Below are positions 51,413-63,366 of a DNA stretch of 64,000 nt, in pieces (positions within the stretch are counted from its first letter, which is position 1; each line of letters starts with the position of its first letter). Where the stretch lies: assembly GCA_963668385.1 (NCBI GenBank), contig OY764327.1, positions 5,648,724 to 5,712,723 of the forward strand, in the 5' to 3' direction. The DNA is from an uncultured Carboxylicivirga sp. Lineage in GTDB: Bacteria > Bacteroidota > Bacteroidia > Bacteroidales > Marinilabiliaceae. Under the pieces are notes generated by a model. That model saw only the letters and a program-made list of their open reading frames with translations. It did no database searches and was not told the origin of the DNA. The position numbers were made by a program, and so were the translations under genes.

Positions 51413-54400
51413 TTAAAGCTTTTGAACTTTTTGTGTAACTACACCTGCATCGCTTACAATTCGGATAATATAGGTTCCTTGTTGTAATCGACTTAGGTTA
51501 ATTTGCTCTAGCGATTGCGATGTACTCAATTGAGTCATCACTTTTCTACCGGCAATGGTATATACCTCAATACGCTGCACATTATTATCAGCCATTTTAA
51601 TATTTAGAATATCTCTGGTAGGATTTGGATAGATCTTCACTTCCGTATTGTTTTTTCTTATTGATGTAGCATGATCGCTTTCATTCAACTCATCAATACA
51701 AACATAACCCGGAGTTAATAATCCATACGCATTATTTCGCGAGCCACTAATACTAAAAGTTAACTTTTGAACAGCACCTAAAACACTTAAATCAACCCAT
51801 TTCCAGTCTTTTAATACATAGTGATCTTCAGCATTCTCAGAACGATAATCGGCCAAATAAAAATCAATGCTTCCGGTAGATTCTCCTTCGCTATCAAAAC
51901 CGTTAATCACTAATTTAAACCAATCGCCATCGGTAAAGGCATCACCCGCAAAGGCATCACCATTTTCCATCGAACTTGCCGCATAAGCAGTATTAGTTAA
52001 ATAGCATCCGGTTAGTTGTTCGCCTTCCTGCGTATTGGTTAGCTCAATTTCGGGATTACCATAAGCTACATAAACAACACCATAGGTTTCGGTATTATTT
52101 GCACCGCTTCCAGCAGTCGAATGGAATTGATCATCTAAACCATTGTACGATGTACTGGTTTCGTTACTATAACCAAAATTACCCCACGAATCATACGCTG
52201 GAAAGTAATAATTATTGAATTTAAAACTGCCCGAATAAAATTCCGACATTTCCTGCTCTGGATTTCCGGCCCAATGTGATTCACTTTGATTCAATAATCC
52301 TTCGAAAGTAGCCGGTAAAGCTACACCTCCGTTTACATTAACAATCATACTTTCAGCAAAAGATGTACCTCTGGCATCAGTAACCATCAATGTATATTCA
52401 CAACTTGACTGTGGAGCTACCTGTGGTTGTGCTTCTTCGTAGGCATTTTCATCATTAACCGAAGTCCACAAATAACTGTAGGGTTTAACACCTCCCTCGA
52501 TGGTAGCTGTTAAAGTTGCCATTTCGCCACGATTAATTGTTACATCATACAAAGATGTTAAGTGTAGTTCGGCTGGTACATCGGCGAAGTTATCAAGCAT
52601 CAGTTCACCCTCTCCGGCTGTTATATAAACCTCAGTAACATCATGCAATGCTTGCATATCAGCATAACTCCATGTTGATGACGCAGGATAGCTTAACTCC
52701 GTATCGGAATCGGCACCATTTACACCGCCTTTTACTGTAATAGCTGCAGTACTTTTATAAAAGAATCCTTCCAACGTTAATCCCTCTGTAGTATTAGTCA
52801 AATTAACAGTTGCCTGCGTATTGGTAGCTATCACACCATATTTAGCAGAACCATCTACGCCCTCACCTTCAGCAACAGTTACATTGGTAAACATGGCTGT
52901 TCCATCTTCAAAAACAGCATCGCTGATATAATTCACATCTTCAAAAGTTGCTACTTCTGTTGATTTAAAATCGGTAGTGAATTCCAATGACGCAACCGCA
53001 TCCATTGTATTACCCAGATTATCTTCGGCTACAATATAAATTACATATTCGGTATTATCGTTTAACTCCTCAACAGAAGTTTTCGACTGTATATCAGCAG
53101 CAAAAGTTACATTACCTTTTAAATTATCAGCCAACTCATTGTCCTGTGCATCGGTTCCTGCTTTAACCTGCGCAACTGTTGGAGCATTGTCACCTGCAGG
53201 CAGAACCACCCACCAGGCATTACCCGCTTCGTTAAACGACAATAAAAGATCAGCTGAATATGCTGTTATGTCTTCAACTTTTGGATATCCATCGTTAAAT
53301 ACCGGTGCATCAAAATCAGATTCGGTAAACTCATCGGCTCCTATGGTAGGTGTATCGTTACTTCTTTCCTGATCTTCGAAGTCGGTTGTTATATACAATA
53401 TAGGCAAAGCACTATTAAGGCCTCCCACCTCTTTTACATGCAAATCGCTGTTTGAATAAAATTCAACTGATTCTGAAATAGAATGAGAAGCAGTTGCTTT
53501 TTCCTGCCAAGCTGCCAAATCTGCGTACGATACCAAATTGTCGGAATATCCTACACTTGCCAAAGTAGTTCCTGTTGAATAAATATTATTGTAATCGAAA
53601 GACAGACCATTCATAAATTCATCTCGCTGAACAGCAATGGCCAAACCACCTGCATTATTAATGAAGATATTATTCTTTAGCTCCAAATTCTCAGGAATTT
53701 CGCTTGAGCTTCCATTAATATATAAAGCATTTGAACCTGTAGCTTCGTTGCCCTGCATTACAACCGTATTATAAAACAATTGTGCATTGGTACATTTATC
53801 ATCCAACAAAATACCGTTTGATGCATTATTGGTTTGAATAAAGGCAATTGCATTGTTATAAATACGTGCTGAAGTTTGAGCTGTTCCACTAACCGGACGA
53901 CACTCTATACCATATGATTTAAGCGAACGATCGATGGTAATGGTATTATTAGCAATGGTACTTTCACCAATCATACGGTAAGCATCAATGCCAATATATG
54001 AACTATACGGAGAGGTATTGTTTACAATGGTATTACCATCAACAAAAGCATCTTCTTCGTTATTGACATAAATACCTTTCGAAAACTGCCCTTCAAAAGT
54101 ATTACTCAGAATTTGTGCACCTTTCTCTTTAGGCAATGCAACATATCCTGTACCACCAATATAGGCGCCAATTGAACCACCTTTAAAATGACAATTTTTA
54201 ATAGTTATAAAATCGTTGTTTTGATTGGCAACATCTTCAGCATCATTTTTAATACAAGCAACAGTAATTGCATTCCAGGCTGTACTTATTGTTTCAACCG
54301 GAGCATCAAGCACACAACCATCAAAGGTTACATATCGGCTTTGGTTATTAATAAGTACTAAAGCATCGTAAGTTTTTTGCGATGATTTAACGGTAATATC

Positions 54401-57400
54401 TTTAAACACCACATAATCGGCACCATTGATATATAATACAGCATCGTCGGGTGAATTATAATCTGATGAAGCAGATTCCTCACTCTCTATAATTACATTT
54501 TCAGGGGTATTACTCTCTGACACAAACGTAATGAGGTTAGTTGCTGATGTACCCTTAATATGAGGTAATGTAGAGCGTTCGCTATAAGTACCATCCTTAA
54601 CAGTAATGGTTACCGGTTCTTCTACACCATTTTCTGCCAAAGCACTAAAAGCATCGGTAAAGTTGGCAAAATCATCTTCTGTATCTGAACCAATGGTGTA
54701 ATTTCCTTTTAACCCGGCTGCAATAACAGCACTTCCATCCGGATTACCTTCAGCAATGTCATGTTCAACGCTATTAACTTCTATTGATGTAAGTTGTGCA
54801 TCCAAAACATTGTTAACCACAGCATCGGAACTAACATTGTACATCAGCCAAAAATAAACGGTGCCTTCAACAGCTACATCCAGATTACCTTCCACTTTTA
54901 CAGTTCCGGCTGGAGATTCTTGTAATTCGCCAAATTCAACAGATGAAACAGGATTAAACACCTCATCGGTACCTGAATAAAATAATTGTGCTGAAGCAAT
55001 ATCAGTCGAAGCCGTTGTTCCTTCGGTACTGAATGAAATTGCATTAACATTGGCTGCTGTAGTTTCGCCAGCAAAACTGGCAGCTATCCGAAGTATATTG
55101 GCATTCGACTCGCCTCTTAATGCGGTGTTGATGCCTTGTTCTACCGAAGCTCCCTGATACGAATACGGCTGTGGTTCGAATGTATAAACCAAAGCATCGA
55201 AACCAGCTTCGGGAGTTGAGTAGGATCCCGATTTAAATACAACTGTTAATTTTCCGTCTTCAGATGTTGATTTTGCAATAATTGGATCTTGAGCAGATGT
55301 GATATTATCATCGTCATCTAATTCCATAATTAAAGCATCATCAGTAACTTCGGCTCCGTTATATATTTCAAAATCCTCAGCCCAGGTAATCTGCAATGCA
55401 GATATATCTAATCGAACACGCTGTCCTTCTGTTTCAGGAATAAAAGTGACTGTTCCCTCAAAACTTTTACTGTAGTTTTCGTTTAATCCACCATCGTCGT
55501 AAAAATTCAATGGGTTTTGGTTAACCACAACCTCATGCGTACCCGCTTCCATTTCATATAAACGCTTAATGGTACGGTTACCATCCGGAACACCGTTGGA
55601 AACAATATACTCATCTCCATCAATAGTAATTTTATTAATGGATGCATCTACCACATTATCAACGGTTGCAGATGATGCAATATCGTATACTAACCAAAAA
55701 TGATTAACACCTTCGTGTAACTCTCCAACATGAGTAATGGTAAATTCTCCGTCAGGTGTTAGTACACTTTCACCCGATTGCGATTCGGTTGTAAAATCGC
55801 TACTATAGCCGGTACTATACAAACGTGCTGCAGAAATATCTGCATTATTGGTTGTACCATCGGTATTAAAAGTAAAATCAACTTCCGAAACAGGGTTTGT
55901 AGTACCACTTAAATTAAGCTGAACATGAAGAATTTCCTGATCGGTGCTTCCGGCCTTTACAATTTGAGTTGATTGACTAACCTCAACTGATTCATACTCC
56001 ATATCAGAAGGAATCGCACTGTAGATATTCCCTTTCCAACCTGCTTTTGTTTGAGAAGAATACAAAGCATTTCCCACAAATTTAACAGTAAGCGCACCGT
56101 CTGGCGCTGTTGACGTAGTAATACCTATTGGGCCTTCATCGCAATTAGTATCGTCGGCTTGCCAGATAATATCATCGGTTGCTGTTCCCGAACCATTGTA
56201 AATAGTAAAGAAAGCTTTTGTACCTGAAACAGAAGCCTGATAAAGCACTTCAAAAGATTCGAAATCCATTTTAACTACTTCTCCCTCAGTTGCAGGTAGA
56301 AACGTAACCGTTGACATAGCATTAGGGTTGTAATTGGCCCCTTCTCCACCATCATCAACAAACGACACTGGCGCATAAATTGTTTTGCTATGTGTACCTG
56401 ACAAAGGCATATAAAACGTATTGTCAATTGTTCTACTTCCTTCTGCTGATGGTGAATCCAAACTATGTGAAGCTCCTGATATTGTTATAGCGTTTACTTC
56501 AGCATCCAACACATTGCCTTCGGTGGCTGTATTACTCACATCGTAAACAAGCCAGAAAAAGTTTGAACCTTCAACTAAATCCTGAGAACCTGTAATGATA
56601 TAATCGCCTGAAGGAGATTCTATTTCACCAAACAGGTTATCATTCGAAAACTCCGCACTACCTGCCGTATAATAGATTTTAGCTTTACTTATATCAGACG
56701 CATCTGTTGTTCCGTTTATCGATAAGCTGAATTCATCAGCAGCTAATTTGTTTTCGGTATATTGAGTACTTACTTCTATAAGAGCCATTTCCTGATCAAC
56801 ATCACCGGCCGCCAAGTCCTCAGTATTTATTTGATACATTAACGCAGCATCGAAAACCATATTCTGTGGCGTAATCTCTTTAACCAATGCATCCCAACCA
56901 GCTTTAGGTACCCCGGTTTTTACCTGAAAAAAGATGGTAACCGAACCATCGTCAGCCATTGAAGTTATTGGTGGAGGCATATTGGAATATTGTCCAATTA
57001 AGTTTGCTTCATCTGCTATTGTTCCATTATATACCTTAAAAATATCGTTGTAGCCAACGCTTGAAGTATTAAAAATGGCAAAACTATTCCATTCTATTTT
57101 GACCTTTTTGCCAGTTGTTGCCGGCTTAAAAGTGATGGTTCCTTCAAAACCTTCGGTATAATTTCCATCTTTACCACCATCGTCGTAAAAAGCTACAGAA
57201 CCATTAACCATATATGTATTGGTTCCACCTTGCATATTAAGAATTTTACTTAATAAACGATTCCCTTCCGGTGCAGCATTATCAGTTGTATGTACCACTG
57301 AAGCAACGGTAACACTATTACATTCAGCATCAATAACATTATCGGCAGTTGCTTCTGATGAAATATCGTAAGCCAGCCAAAAGTAATTATTACCTTCGTT

Positions 57401-58189
57401 TAATTGCTGACTACCAGTAACAGCAAACTCACCATTAGGAGTATTACATTCGCCAAACAAGGTTGCATCACTAAAATCAGAAGAAGATGCACTATAATAT
57501 AACTTTGCTTTTTCTATATCAGTAACATCAGTTGTTCCATTAGTTGAAAAAGAAAACTGAGAAGCTGACTCCTGAGTTAAAGCTCCCTCTGTTTTTACAT
57601 TTACCCTAAGTATTTCCATATTACTAGCCCCTATCGATGCTACATCGGTATTGGGTTGTGCTGCATTAATGAATTGCACTTCCATTGGAGAAGGAGCAAA
57701 CACCTTTATTTCGTCGAGAAATAAGTAATATTTATCTTCTGAAATTGCCTGAAAAGCTATGTAAACATTTTGTCCGGCATAGGCCGATAAATCATAGTTT
57801 AACTCCTCCCAAGAAGTTCCGGGCTCTACTTTTAATGCAATTTCTTCGGTAAAATCTTCCTGAGCATAGCCCGTTGTCGATAGTTTAATATTAAACTGAT
57901 CTTTATAATTCGAACTATAGTTCTTTGTATAAAAAGACAACTTACCATTTTCTTTAATGGTGATTTGAGGTGTTATCAGCCAGTCGTTATGAGCATCGGA
58001 ATTGTACTTTATACGCGTACATTTACCCGCAAAGCCATCGGATTCTGACTCCCAGGTATTACTACCTCCTTCATTAATAACAGTCCATCCATCCGGCGGA
58101 AATACCTCACCTTCGAAGGATTCGTTTAATTGAGCGTTTATCTGCATGAATATTGAAAGCAGAAACGCTAAAACAGAAAATTGTTTCAT
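51413..58189 (-). CDS. Giant T9SS-secreted multidomain protein with C-terminal DUF4465 (BtuJ-like) domain
   Basis: Signal peptide, cleaved-adhesin-like domain, 4 BNR-N-like (NYFWLxYD) and 3 CUB-like (FYDDGG) repeats, beta-helix, DUF4465-like (DWKWVDLS, YVCIDE), T9SS CTD (KIYPNP). Confidence 0.85.
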   Translation of the reverse strand: MKQFSVLAFLLSIFMQINAQLNESFEGEVFPPDGWTVINEGGSNTWESESDGFAGKCTRIKYNSDAHNDWLITPQITIKENGKLSFYTKNYSSNYKDQFNIKLSTTGYAQEDFTEEIALKVEPGTSWEELNYDLSAYAGQNVYIAFQAISEDKYYLFLDEIKVFAPSPMEVQFINAAQPNTDVASIGASNMEILRVNVKTEGALTQESASQFSFSTNGTTDVTDIEKAKLYYSASSSDFSDATLFGECNTPNGEFAVTGSQQLNEGNNYFWLAYDISSEATADNVIDAECNSVTVASVVHTTDNAAPEGNRLLSKILNMQGGTNTYMVNGSVAFYDDGGKDGNYTEGFEGTITFKPATTGKKVKIEWNSFAIFNTSSVGYNDIFKVYNGTIADEANLIGQYSNMPPPITSMADDGSVTIFFQVKTGVPKAGWDALVKEITPQNMVFDAALMYQINTEDLAAGDVDQEMALIEVSTQYTENKLAADEFSLSINGTTDASDISKAKIYYTAGSAEFSNDNLFGEIESPSGDYIITGSQDLVEGSNFFWLVYDVSNTATEGNVLDAEVNAITISGASHSLDSPSAEGSRTIDNTFYMPLSGTHSKTIYAPVSFVDDGGEGANYNPNAMSTVTFLPATEGEVVKMDFESFEVLYQASVSGTKAFFTIYNGSGTATDDIIWQADDTNCDEGPIGITTSTAPDGALTVKFVGNALYSSQTKAGWKGNIYSAIPSDMEYESVEVSQSTQIVKAGSTDQEILHVQLNLSGTTNPVSEVDFTFNTDGTTNNADISAARLYSTGYSSDFTTESQSGESVLTPDGEFTITHVGELHEGVNHFWLVYDIASSATVDNVVDASINKITIDGDEYIVSNGVPDGNRTIKRLYEMEAGTHEVVVNQNPLNFYDDGGLNENYSKSFEGTVTFIPETEGQRVRLDISALQITWAEDFEIYNGAEVTDDALIMELDDDDNITSAQDPIIAKSTSEDGKLTVVFKSGSYSTPEAGFDALVYTFEPQPYSYQGASVEQGINTALRGESNANILRIAASFAGETTAANVNAISFSTEGTTASTDIASAQLFYSGTDEVFNPVSSVEFGELQESPAGTVKVEGNLDVAVEGTVYFWLMYNVSSDAVVNNVLDAQLTSIEVNSVEHDIAEGNPDGSAVIAAGLKGNYTIGSDTEDDFANFTDAFSALAENGVEEPVTITVKDGTYSERSTLPHIKGTSATNLITFVSESNTPENVIIESEESASSDYNSPDDAVLYINGADYVVFKDITVKSSQKTYDALVLINNQSRYVTFDGCVLDAPVETISTAWNAITVACIKNDAEDVANQNNDFITIKNCHFKGGSIGAYIGGTGYVALPKEKGAQILSNTFEGQFSKGIYVNNEEDAFVDGNTIVNNTSPYSSYIGIDAYRMIGESTIANNTITIDRSLKSYGIECRPVSGTAQTSARIYNNAIAFIQTNNASNGILLDDKCTNAQLFYNTVVMQGNEATGSNALYINGSSSEIPENLELKNNIFINNAGGLAIAVQRDEFMNGLSFDYNNIYSTGTTLASVGYSDNLVSYADLAAWQEKATASHSISESVEFYSNSDLHVKEVGGLNSALPILYITTDFEDQERSNDTPTIGADEFTESDFDAPVFNDGYPKVEDITAYSADLLLSFNEAGNAWWVVLPAGDNAPTVAQVKAGTDAQDNELADNLKGNVTFAADIQSKTSVEELNDNTEYVIYIVAEDNLGNTMDAVASLEFTTDFKSTEVATFEDVNYISDAVFEDGTAMFTNVTVAEGEGVDGSAKYGVIATNTQATVNLTNTTEGLTLEGFFYKSTAAITVKGGVNGADSDTELSYPASSTWSYADMQALHDVTEVYITAGEGELMLDNFADVPAELHLTSLYDVTINRGEMATLTATIEGGVKPYSYLWTSVNDENAYEEAQPQVAPQSSCEYTLMVTDARGTSFAESMIVNVNGGVALPATFEGLLNQSESHWAGNPEQEMSEFYSGSFKFNNYYFPAYDSWGNFGYSNETSTSYNGLDDQFHSTAGSGANNTETYGVVYVAYGNPEIELTNTQEGEQLTGCYLTNTAYAASSMENGDAFAGDAFTDGDWFKLVINGFDSEGESTGSIDFYLADYRSENAEDHYVLKDWKWVDLSVLGAVQKLTFSISGSRNNAYGLLTPGYVCIDELNESDHATSIRKNNTEVKIYPNPTRDILNIKMADNNVQRIEVYTIAGRKVMTQLSTSQSLEQINLSRLQQGTYIIRIVSDAGVVTQKVQKL

Positions 58190-58225
58190 TTTTAAGTTAA
58201 GATTAAATTGAATTATTTTTAATTA

Positions 58226-59320
58226 TTATTGGTTGCTAAAACAAAATGCCCCGGGTATAATTCCCACTTTAAATGTATCGATGGGTTCGGCTTTGGACGA
58301 AAACCGATAGATGACACCCTGCTGCACATAATCAATAGCATCGGCTACATACACCTCCGATGTTTTTGGGTCAACATCCAAACCGTAATATCCACCCGAG
58401 TAACTTCCTGCATATTCACTTTTTATAAATAGTTCGGGCTCTCTATCCGAATCAACTGCCATGCGATAAATATGCTTATTGATATAATACAAAGTATCTG
58501 CTGTTCCATTGATGCAAAGTTCTGATGGAGAGTCTTCGATATTCAGTCGCCATATTTTTTCAACCTGACGAGTTTCGGCATCCATACGTATTAAACCGGG
58601 TTCTTCATTACCATATGGATTTCCACTATAACCGCCATCGGTAATGGTCCAAACCTTATCATTTTTATCTATCACCAGCGAAGTAGGTTGTTTCAATACT
58701 TCAATAGAATCTACCAGTTGATCGGTATTTGAATCGATAACCAGAATTTTATTATCGTAGCTCCAGCAATTGGCAAAAACAAAGTTCTTGTATTGCACCA
58801 TCTGCTCTGTAGAGTGCTGATAAAATACCGATGAATTATTATTTACATTAATCTTACCGGTTACTTCAAAAGTGCTGGGATTGATAATACTGATTTGCTT
58901 GGCATACAAATCGCTTACATAAGCTTTGGTATCGCTTATAAAATGAATATAACGAGGAGAAACTAATCCTGTAATAGTGGCTACATATTCAAAAGTGCGC
59001 GTATCAATAACGAAAATCTTACCACTGTTATTAAGCACAACATATCCGAGTGTATCACGAATAGCCATTGATTGAGCAACATCGCCCAATGGTAATGCAT
59101 TATTACGATAAAACACATTGTTATACACTTTCATCGAATCAATATCGTAATACGACAACGAAGCATTATCGTACATAAAGTTGCCTTCGTTTACAATAAA
59201 TAATCCCCTCTCTTTTTTTTCCGGAACAATTCCCCCATTAATAGTATACCAATCATCATCATTGATACAAGACGTAATTGATAAAATGAATACAAGGAAT
59301 ATGATAAACTTTTGAACCAT
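58226..59320 (-). CDS. btuG: BtuG-like beta-propeller cobalamin-binding lipoprotein
   Basis: SITSC lipobox, [29 protein letters not shown]; follows the TonB receptor in a B12-riboswitch operon. Confidence 0.8.
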   Translation of the reverse strand: MVQKFIIFLVFILSITSCINDDDWYTINGGIVPEKKERGLFIVNEGNFMYDNASLSYYDIDSMKVYNNVFYRNNALPLGDVAQSMAIRDTLGYVVLNNSGKIFVIDTRTFEYVATITGLVSPRYIHFISDTKAYVSDLYAKQISIINPSTFEVTGKINVNNNSSVFYQHSTEQMVQYKNFVFANCWSYDNKILVIDSNTDQLVDSIEVLKQPTSLVIDKNDKVWTITDGGYSGNPYGNEEPGLIRMDAETRQVEKIWRLNIEDSPSELCINGTADTLYYINKHIYRMAVDSDREPELFIKSEYAGSYSGGYYGLDVDPKTSEVYVADAIDYVQQGVIYRFSSKAEPIDTFKVGIIPGAFCFSNQ

Positions 59321-59322
59321 TG

Positions 59323-61362
59323 CTACAATTTAAGAGTGATCACACATTCGTAATATCTACCAGACATAAAGCGGTTAAGTATGTTGCGATAGGTTTCGTC
59401 AAACAGATTATGAATCTTCAGCTCAGTATTGAGACGTACTTTACCTATATTAACTCCATACCCTAAACTCATATGGTTTAAAGGCACCGCATATAATTTA
59501 TAATACGGGTAATCTAAGCCCTGATTCGAATCATCATCAATAGTTTCCATATTACTACTTAGCAAATAGCGCTCTCCATAATATTGAAATTGATAATTGA
59601 CAAAGAAGTTTTTATAGCGTCCACCAACCAAAGCGTTAGCCGAATGAAGTGGTATAAACGGCAATTGCATTCCCATAGAAGCATCTTCGTTATTAAGTGG
59701 CTCTCCTTCGTTGTTAGTTTTTGTATAGGCATAATTACCCTGAACCTGTAGATTACAATTACCTATTTGTTTCGAGAGACTCAAGTTGACTTCAACTCCA
59801 CGCGATAGTACATTTTTAAGATTGAAAGCTTCCCAACCACCTTTATTAGATGGCAACCACAATATCCAATTGTTGATGTCGGAATAATAAGCCGACACCT
59901 GATAATCAATTTTAACTGAACTACAATTAAGAACCTGATGAACACCCGTTTCTATGGTATGCCCTTCTTCGGGAACCAAACCAGGATTACCTCCGGGAAC
60001 ATAGTATAAATCGTTTAGTGTAGGAGCGTGAAAATTGCGGGCCAAATTACTTCTCCAAACAAAATCAATTCCTTCAAAAGGTATGACACTCACACCTATA
60101 TTATACACTAAAGGAGATTCTGTTTGCGGAATCCAATCGTTCCTTAATTCCAGCAATAAATTCATCCATTTACCAGGCGTAAAGTAAGCTCCTACAAAAC
60201 CTGAATATTCGACTCGCTCTTCGTCATAGCCCTTCATTTGAGCCGAATCCAAACAAGTAATATTGTAATAATCGATATCGGCAGAAGCTTTTACATGAAG
60301 CTTATCATTGAATGAATATTTTGCTTCTATATTGTTTTGCGAACTCAGCATATCACTTCCTGAGTTAACCGGTTTTTGTTCTCCAAAACCGCTTACATCA
60401 ATGCGCATTACATAATCGAGCTGCTGATAATCAATACCCGATCGAAAATTCAGCTGTAAATTATTTCCATAGTATTTTGTATCAACTACTCCCTTTATGG
60501 TTTTATCATCTTGTTGATTACTTCGTTTTACATCTTCATTACCTTCGTAACTCATCACCATTGGTATCGAACGCGTTCCATCCTGCGCCCATATTTTTGC
60601 TGAACTTACCCATGGCTTCTCCCATCGATAATAAAACTCCTGCACAAAACCCAGCTTTGAATAGTCACCATTATCATTTTTAACCTCGGGATATCCGGGC
60701 AAATGTTTATTAATAAATGGATAATTATTTTCTGAGCTACTTCGGTACATACGGGTTTTCGATTGTAATTTATCCGAACCCAAATCAACCCGCAACATAT
60801 TATCGAAAGTTGAAAAACTTCCAATGCCCTGTAGCAACATTGCACTAAAGCGGTTATTCCAGTCGGCGGTATTGTTTAAGCTGATACTTCCCCCCAAAGC
60901 TCCGGAGCTTTGCGAAATGGACGCACTGCCATATTTAATGGCCACATCATCGAGAACATAAACCGGTATGGTACTAAAGTCAACCATTCCCAACATAGGT
61001 GAATTCATATTCAAACCATTCCAGGTTACCTGTGTATGTGTGGGTGCTGTGCCTCTAAAACTAGCAGTAGATAGAGCTCCTCTTCCCTGGCTTTTAATAT
61101 AAACAGTTGAATTCTGAGTTAATAAATCTGCTAACGAAGCCGTTGTTTTATTTTGAAGAACCATCGAATCCATTTCGGTAATCTTCATCCCAGCTTCTTC
61201 TTGCTTGAAAATATAGTTTGCCTTTACCTCTACTGCTTTAATTAAAACCACAGAATCCAAGCTATTCTGACTATATAAAATCTGAGAAAACAAAACAAAC
61301 AGTATAGTTAGGCAACAGTTTATTGATCTATTGTTTAACAAGCTTGAAAGTTTGTGTAACAT
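59323..61362 (-). CDS. btuB: TonB-dependent cobalamin receptor
   Basis: Plug domain ([13 protein letters not shown]), RAPT-like [10 protein letters not shown]-terminal NLFDETY...GR. Confidence 0.85.
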   Translation of the reverse strand: MLHKLSSLLNNRSINCCLTILFVLFSQILYSQNSLDSVVLIKAVEVKANYIFKQEEAGMKITEMDSMVLQNKTTASLADLLTQNSTVYIKSQGRGALSTASFRGTAPTHTQVTWNGLNMNSPMLGMVDFSTIPVYVLDDVAIKYGSASISQSSGALGGSISLNNTADWNNRFSAMLLQGIGSFSTFDNMLRVDLGSDKLQSKTRMYRSSSENNYPFINKHLPGYPEVKNDNGDYSKLGFVQEFYYRWEKPWVSSAKIWAQDGTRSIPMVMSYEGNEDVKRSNQQDDKTIKGVVDTKYYGNNLQLNFRSGIDYQQLDYVMRIDVSGFGEQKPVNSGSDMLSSQNNIEAKYSFNDKLHVKASADIDYYNITCLDSAQMKGYDEERVEYSGFVGAYFTPGKWMNLLLELRNDWIPQTESPLVYNIGVSVIPFEGIDFVWRSNLARNFHAPTLNDLYYVPGGNPGLVPEEGHTIETGVHQVLNCSSVKIDYQVSAYYSDINNWILWLPSNKGGWEAFNLKNVLSRGVEVNLSLSKQIGNCNLQVQGNYAYTKTNNEGEPLNNEDASMGMQLPFIPLHSANALVGGRYKNFFVNYQFQYYGERYLLSSNMETIDDDSNQGLDYPYYKLYAVPLNHMSLGYGVNIGKVRLNTELKIHNLFDETYRNILNRFMSGRYYECVITLKL

Positions 61363-62788
61363 TATCTTGCGATACTTTTATAATATATATTCCGGCTAAA
61401 AGATTCTTAATATTAATTACATCCGTTTCGTTGTAAGCATTTACAACTTGTACCAGCTTACCTGTGATATCGTATATATATACATCAGCATTGTTCACAC
61501 CTTGTATTCTGCAAACATGGGTAGTTGGATTAGGATACACTTTCACATTCAAGTTGTCAGATAGAGAAAGACCGGTTGGTACATCATCTACTATTTTAAT
61601 ATTGAATGATCGGTATATAGCGGCATCCTTTGCCCAGGTACAAGTAATGGTTGTTTCTCCAACACCAATTCCACGCATAACACCATCTAACGAAACCGAT
61701 GCAATAGCTGAATTATCAGACGACCAAATCAAATTCTGATTATCATTCAAATGCCCTTTCGAAATCACATAACTCTCAAAAGTAAAACTGTAATCTTTAT
61801 ACCATTTATATTGACGAACCACCGGATGTTGCCCAACATTTTTGGGAGTGTTACTTACAATTACATCAGTTACTCCGTTAATTGAAGCATTAGGCTTTAC
61901 CACAGCAATTCCGGAAACTTCAGTTGATAATTCGCCAATTGCACCCGCATTTTGTGCCACACCTGTATATATGCGAACAAAATCAATTTGATCGAGATAA
62001 ACTGAGTTTCCATCTTCATCCACAGCCCAGTCAATATCAAAAGCATCGCCTCCACAACCTTCTGTTTCATAAAGTGTATATGGATTATCGGGTATATCCA
62101 TCGAAACATTTCTTACAATGCTTTTATTATCAACGTAGCCATAATCAAACTCATCATTAACCCACACCGTTCCCTGCGATGTGCGCGACTTTAATAATGT
62201 ACCATTCAGAGTATAGCTATCCTGATCAATGTTTGGATAGTTTTCGCTCAGAGGATAATGCTGTTGCGGATGAAATGCCTTCATATAAACGACTACTCCG
62301 TTATTCCCCTCACTATCGTACCAAGGTACATCTGCTAAAGCATTAGGATTGTCGTAGGTGATGGAATAATTATACTTTGTCGTTGATAAAAAATGGTCGC
62401 TTCCCTTAAGCTCATACCATGTATCATCGGGTAAGCCATTTCCATTTTCGTCTTTCATCACCTGAACAATCCCTGGTTCAGAGCTTCCCGAATAAGAATT
62501 ACCAAAAACGGTAAAATCAACTCCATATGGATTGTCAAGATCATTGATTACCGGTGCATCAAACCCTAAAGTAATTGATCCTCCCCAAAAACCAAGTGAT
62601 ACCATTTTACCAGCTTCCGCTGCTTGGTTTAGAATACCTGTTGCATTTTCAGGTAAACCTGGAGAAGTATTAATAAATTGCCCAGGGGCAGGCGTAAAAT
62701 CAAAAAGCTTGGTTGCATAACGAACCTGAGCATTAATACACACATGGGTTAGCAAAAAAAAGATAATAGCAATTTGCAGTACTTTCAT
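61328..62788 (-). CDS. T9SS cargo with BtuH-like domain and Ig-like domain
   Basis: PAPGQFIN, SLGFWGG, EPGIVQV...TWYELKGS, LDQIDFVRIYTG; Big_2-like WSSDNSAIASV; YPNP CTD. Confidence 0.7.
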   Translation of the reverse strand: MKVLQIAIIFFLLTHVCINAQVRYATKLFDFTPAPGQFINTSPGLPENATGILNQAAEAGKMVSLGFWGGSITLGFDAPVINDLDNPYGVDFTVFGNSYSGSSEPGIVQVMKDENGNGLPDDTWYELKGSDHFLSTTKYNYSITYDNPNALADVPWYDSEGNNGVVVYMKAFHPQQHYPLSENYPNIDQDSYTLNGTLLKSRTSQGTVWVNDEFDYGYVDNKSIVRNVSMDIPDNPYTLYETEGCGGDAFDIDWAVDEDGNSVYLDQIDFVRIYTGVAQNAGAIGELSTEVSGIAVVKPNASINGVTDVIVSNTPKNVGQHPVVRQYKWYKDYSFTFESYVISKGHLNDNQNLIWSSDNSAIASVSLDGVMRGIGVGETTITCTWAKDAAIYRSFNIKIVDDVPTGLSLSDNLNVKVYPNPTTHVCRIQGVNNADVYIYDITGKLVQVVNAYNETDVINIKNLLAGIYIIKVSQDNVTQTFKLVKQ

Positions 62789-63024
62789 TCGTTTGTTTTC
62801 TTATATTTTAACTCTTCTGTATTGATTGACAGAATTATTAATCTTCGCATACTTTAATATTATATACAGCAAGACATAACAATCCCATTGTGTTTAATTA
62901 GTCGGTTAAATAAGACACACTAAACACTCAACATCAAATATTTAATAGATACACCCCTTAAGAAGTAGAATAGAGATATGACCTTCTGAATTCGCAAAGG
63001 TTTAAATTGCCTAGAAAAAAAACG

Positions 63025-63110
63025 TAATTTTGTATCATGATACAGTTATTTAATTGTGTTATATGCATGGATGACAGAAGGTTTTGGCGAACACTGTCAT
63101 CCCTTTTATT
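63025..63110 (+). ncRNA. Candidate short promoter-terminator transcript / leader element
   Basis: TAATTTTG -7 box (63025-63032), palindrome TGTATCATGATACA (63031-63044), stem GGATGACAG/CTGTCATCC plus T-rich tail. Confidence 0.35.
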
Positions 63111-63366
63111 TATATTAATGAAGAGCAAGAGAATATTAACTAGAGATTATTATTAACCTCAAACACATATAGCATAATCAAATACCATTTCTATCAAAAT
63201 ATCAATTGATAAGCCGAAAAAAATTATGATGATGAGAAAACATTACACTGCTCTTGTTTAATTATTAAATCATTCGATTTTGTAGCAGCAATGTATATCA
63301 AGAAGTATTTACAAGATACCTGATTAACCACCCGTTCACCGCAGGCTACAAAAATCGTATATCAAT

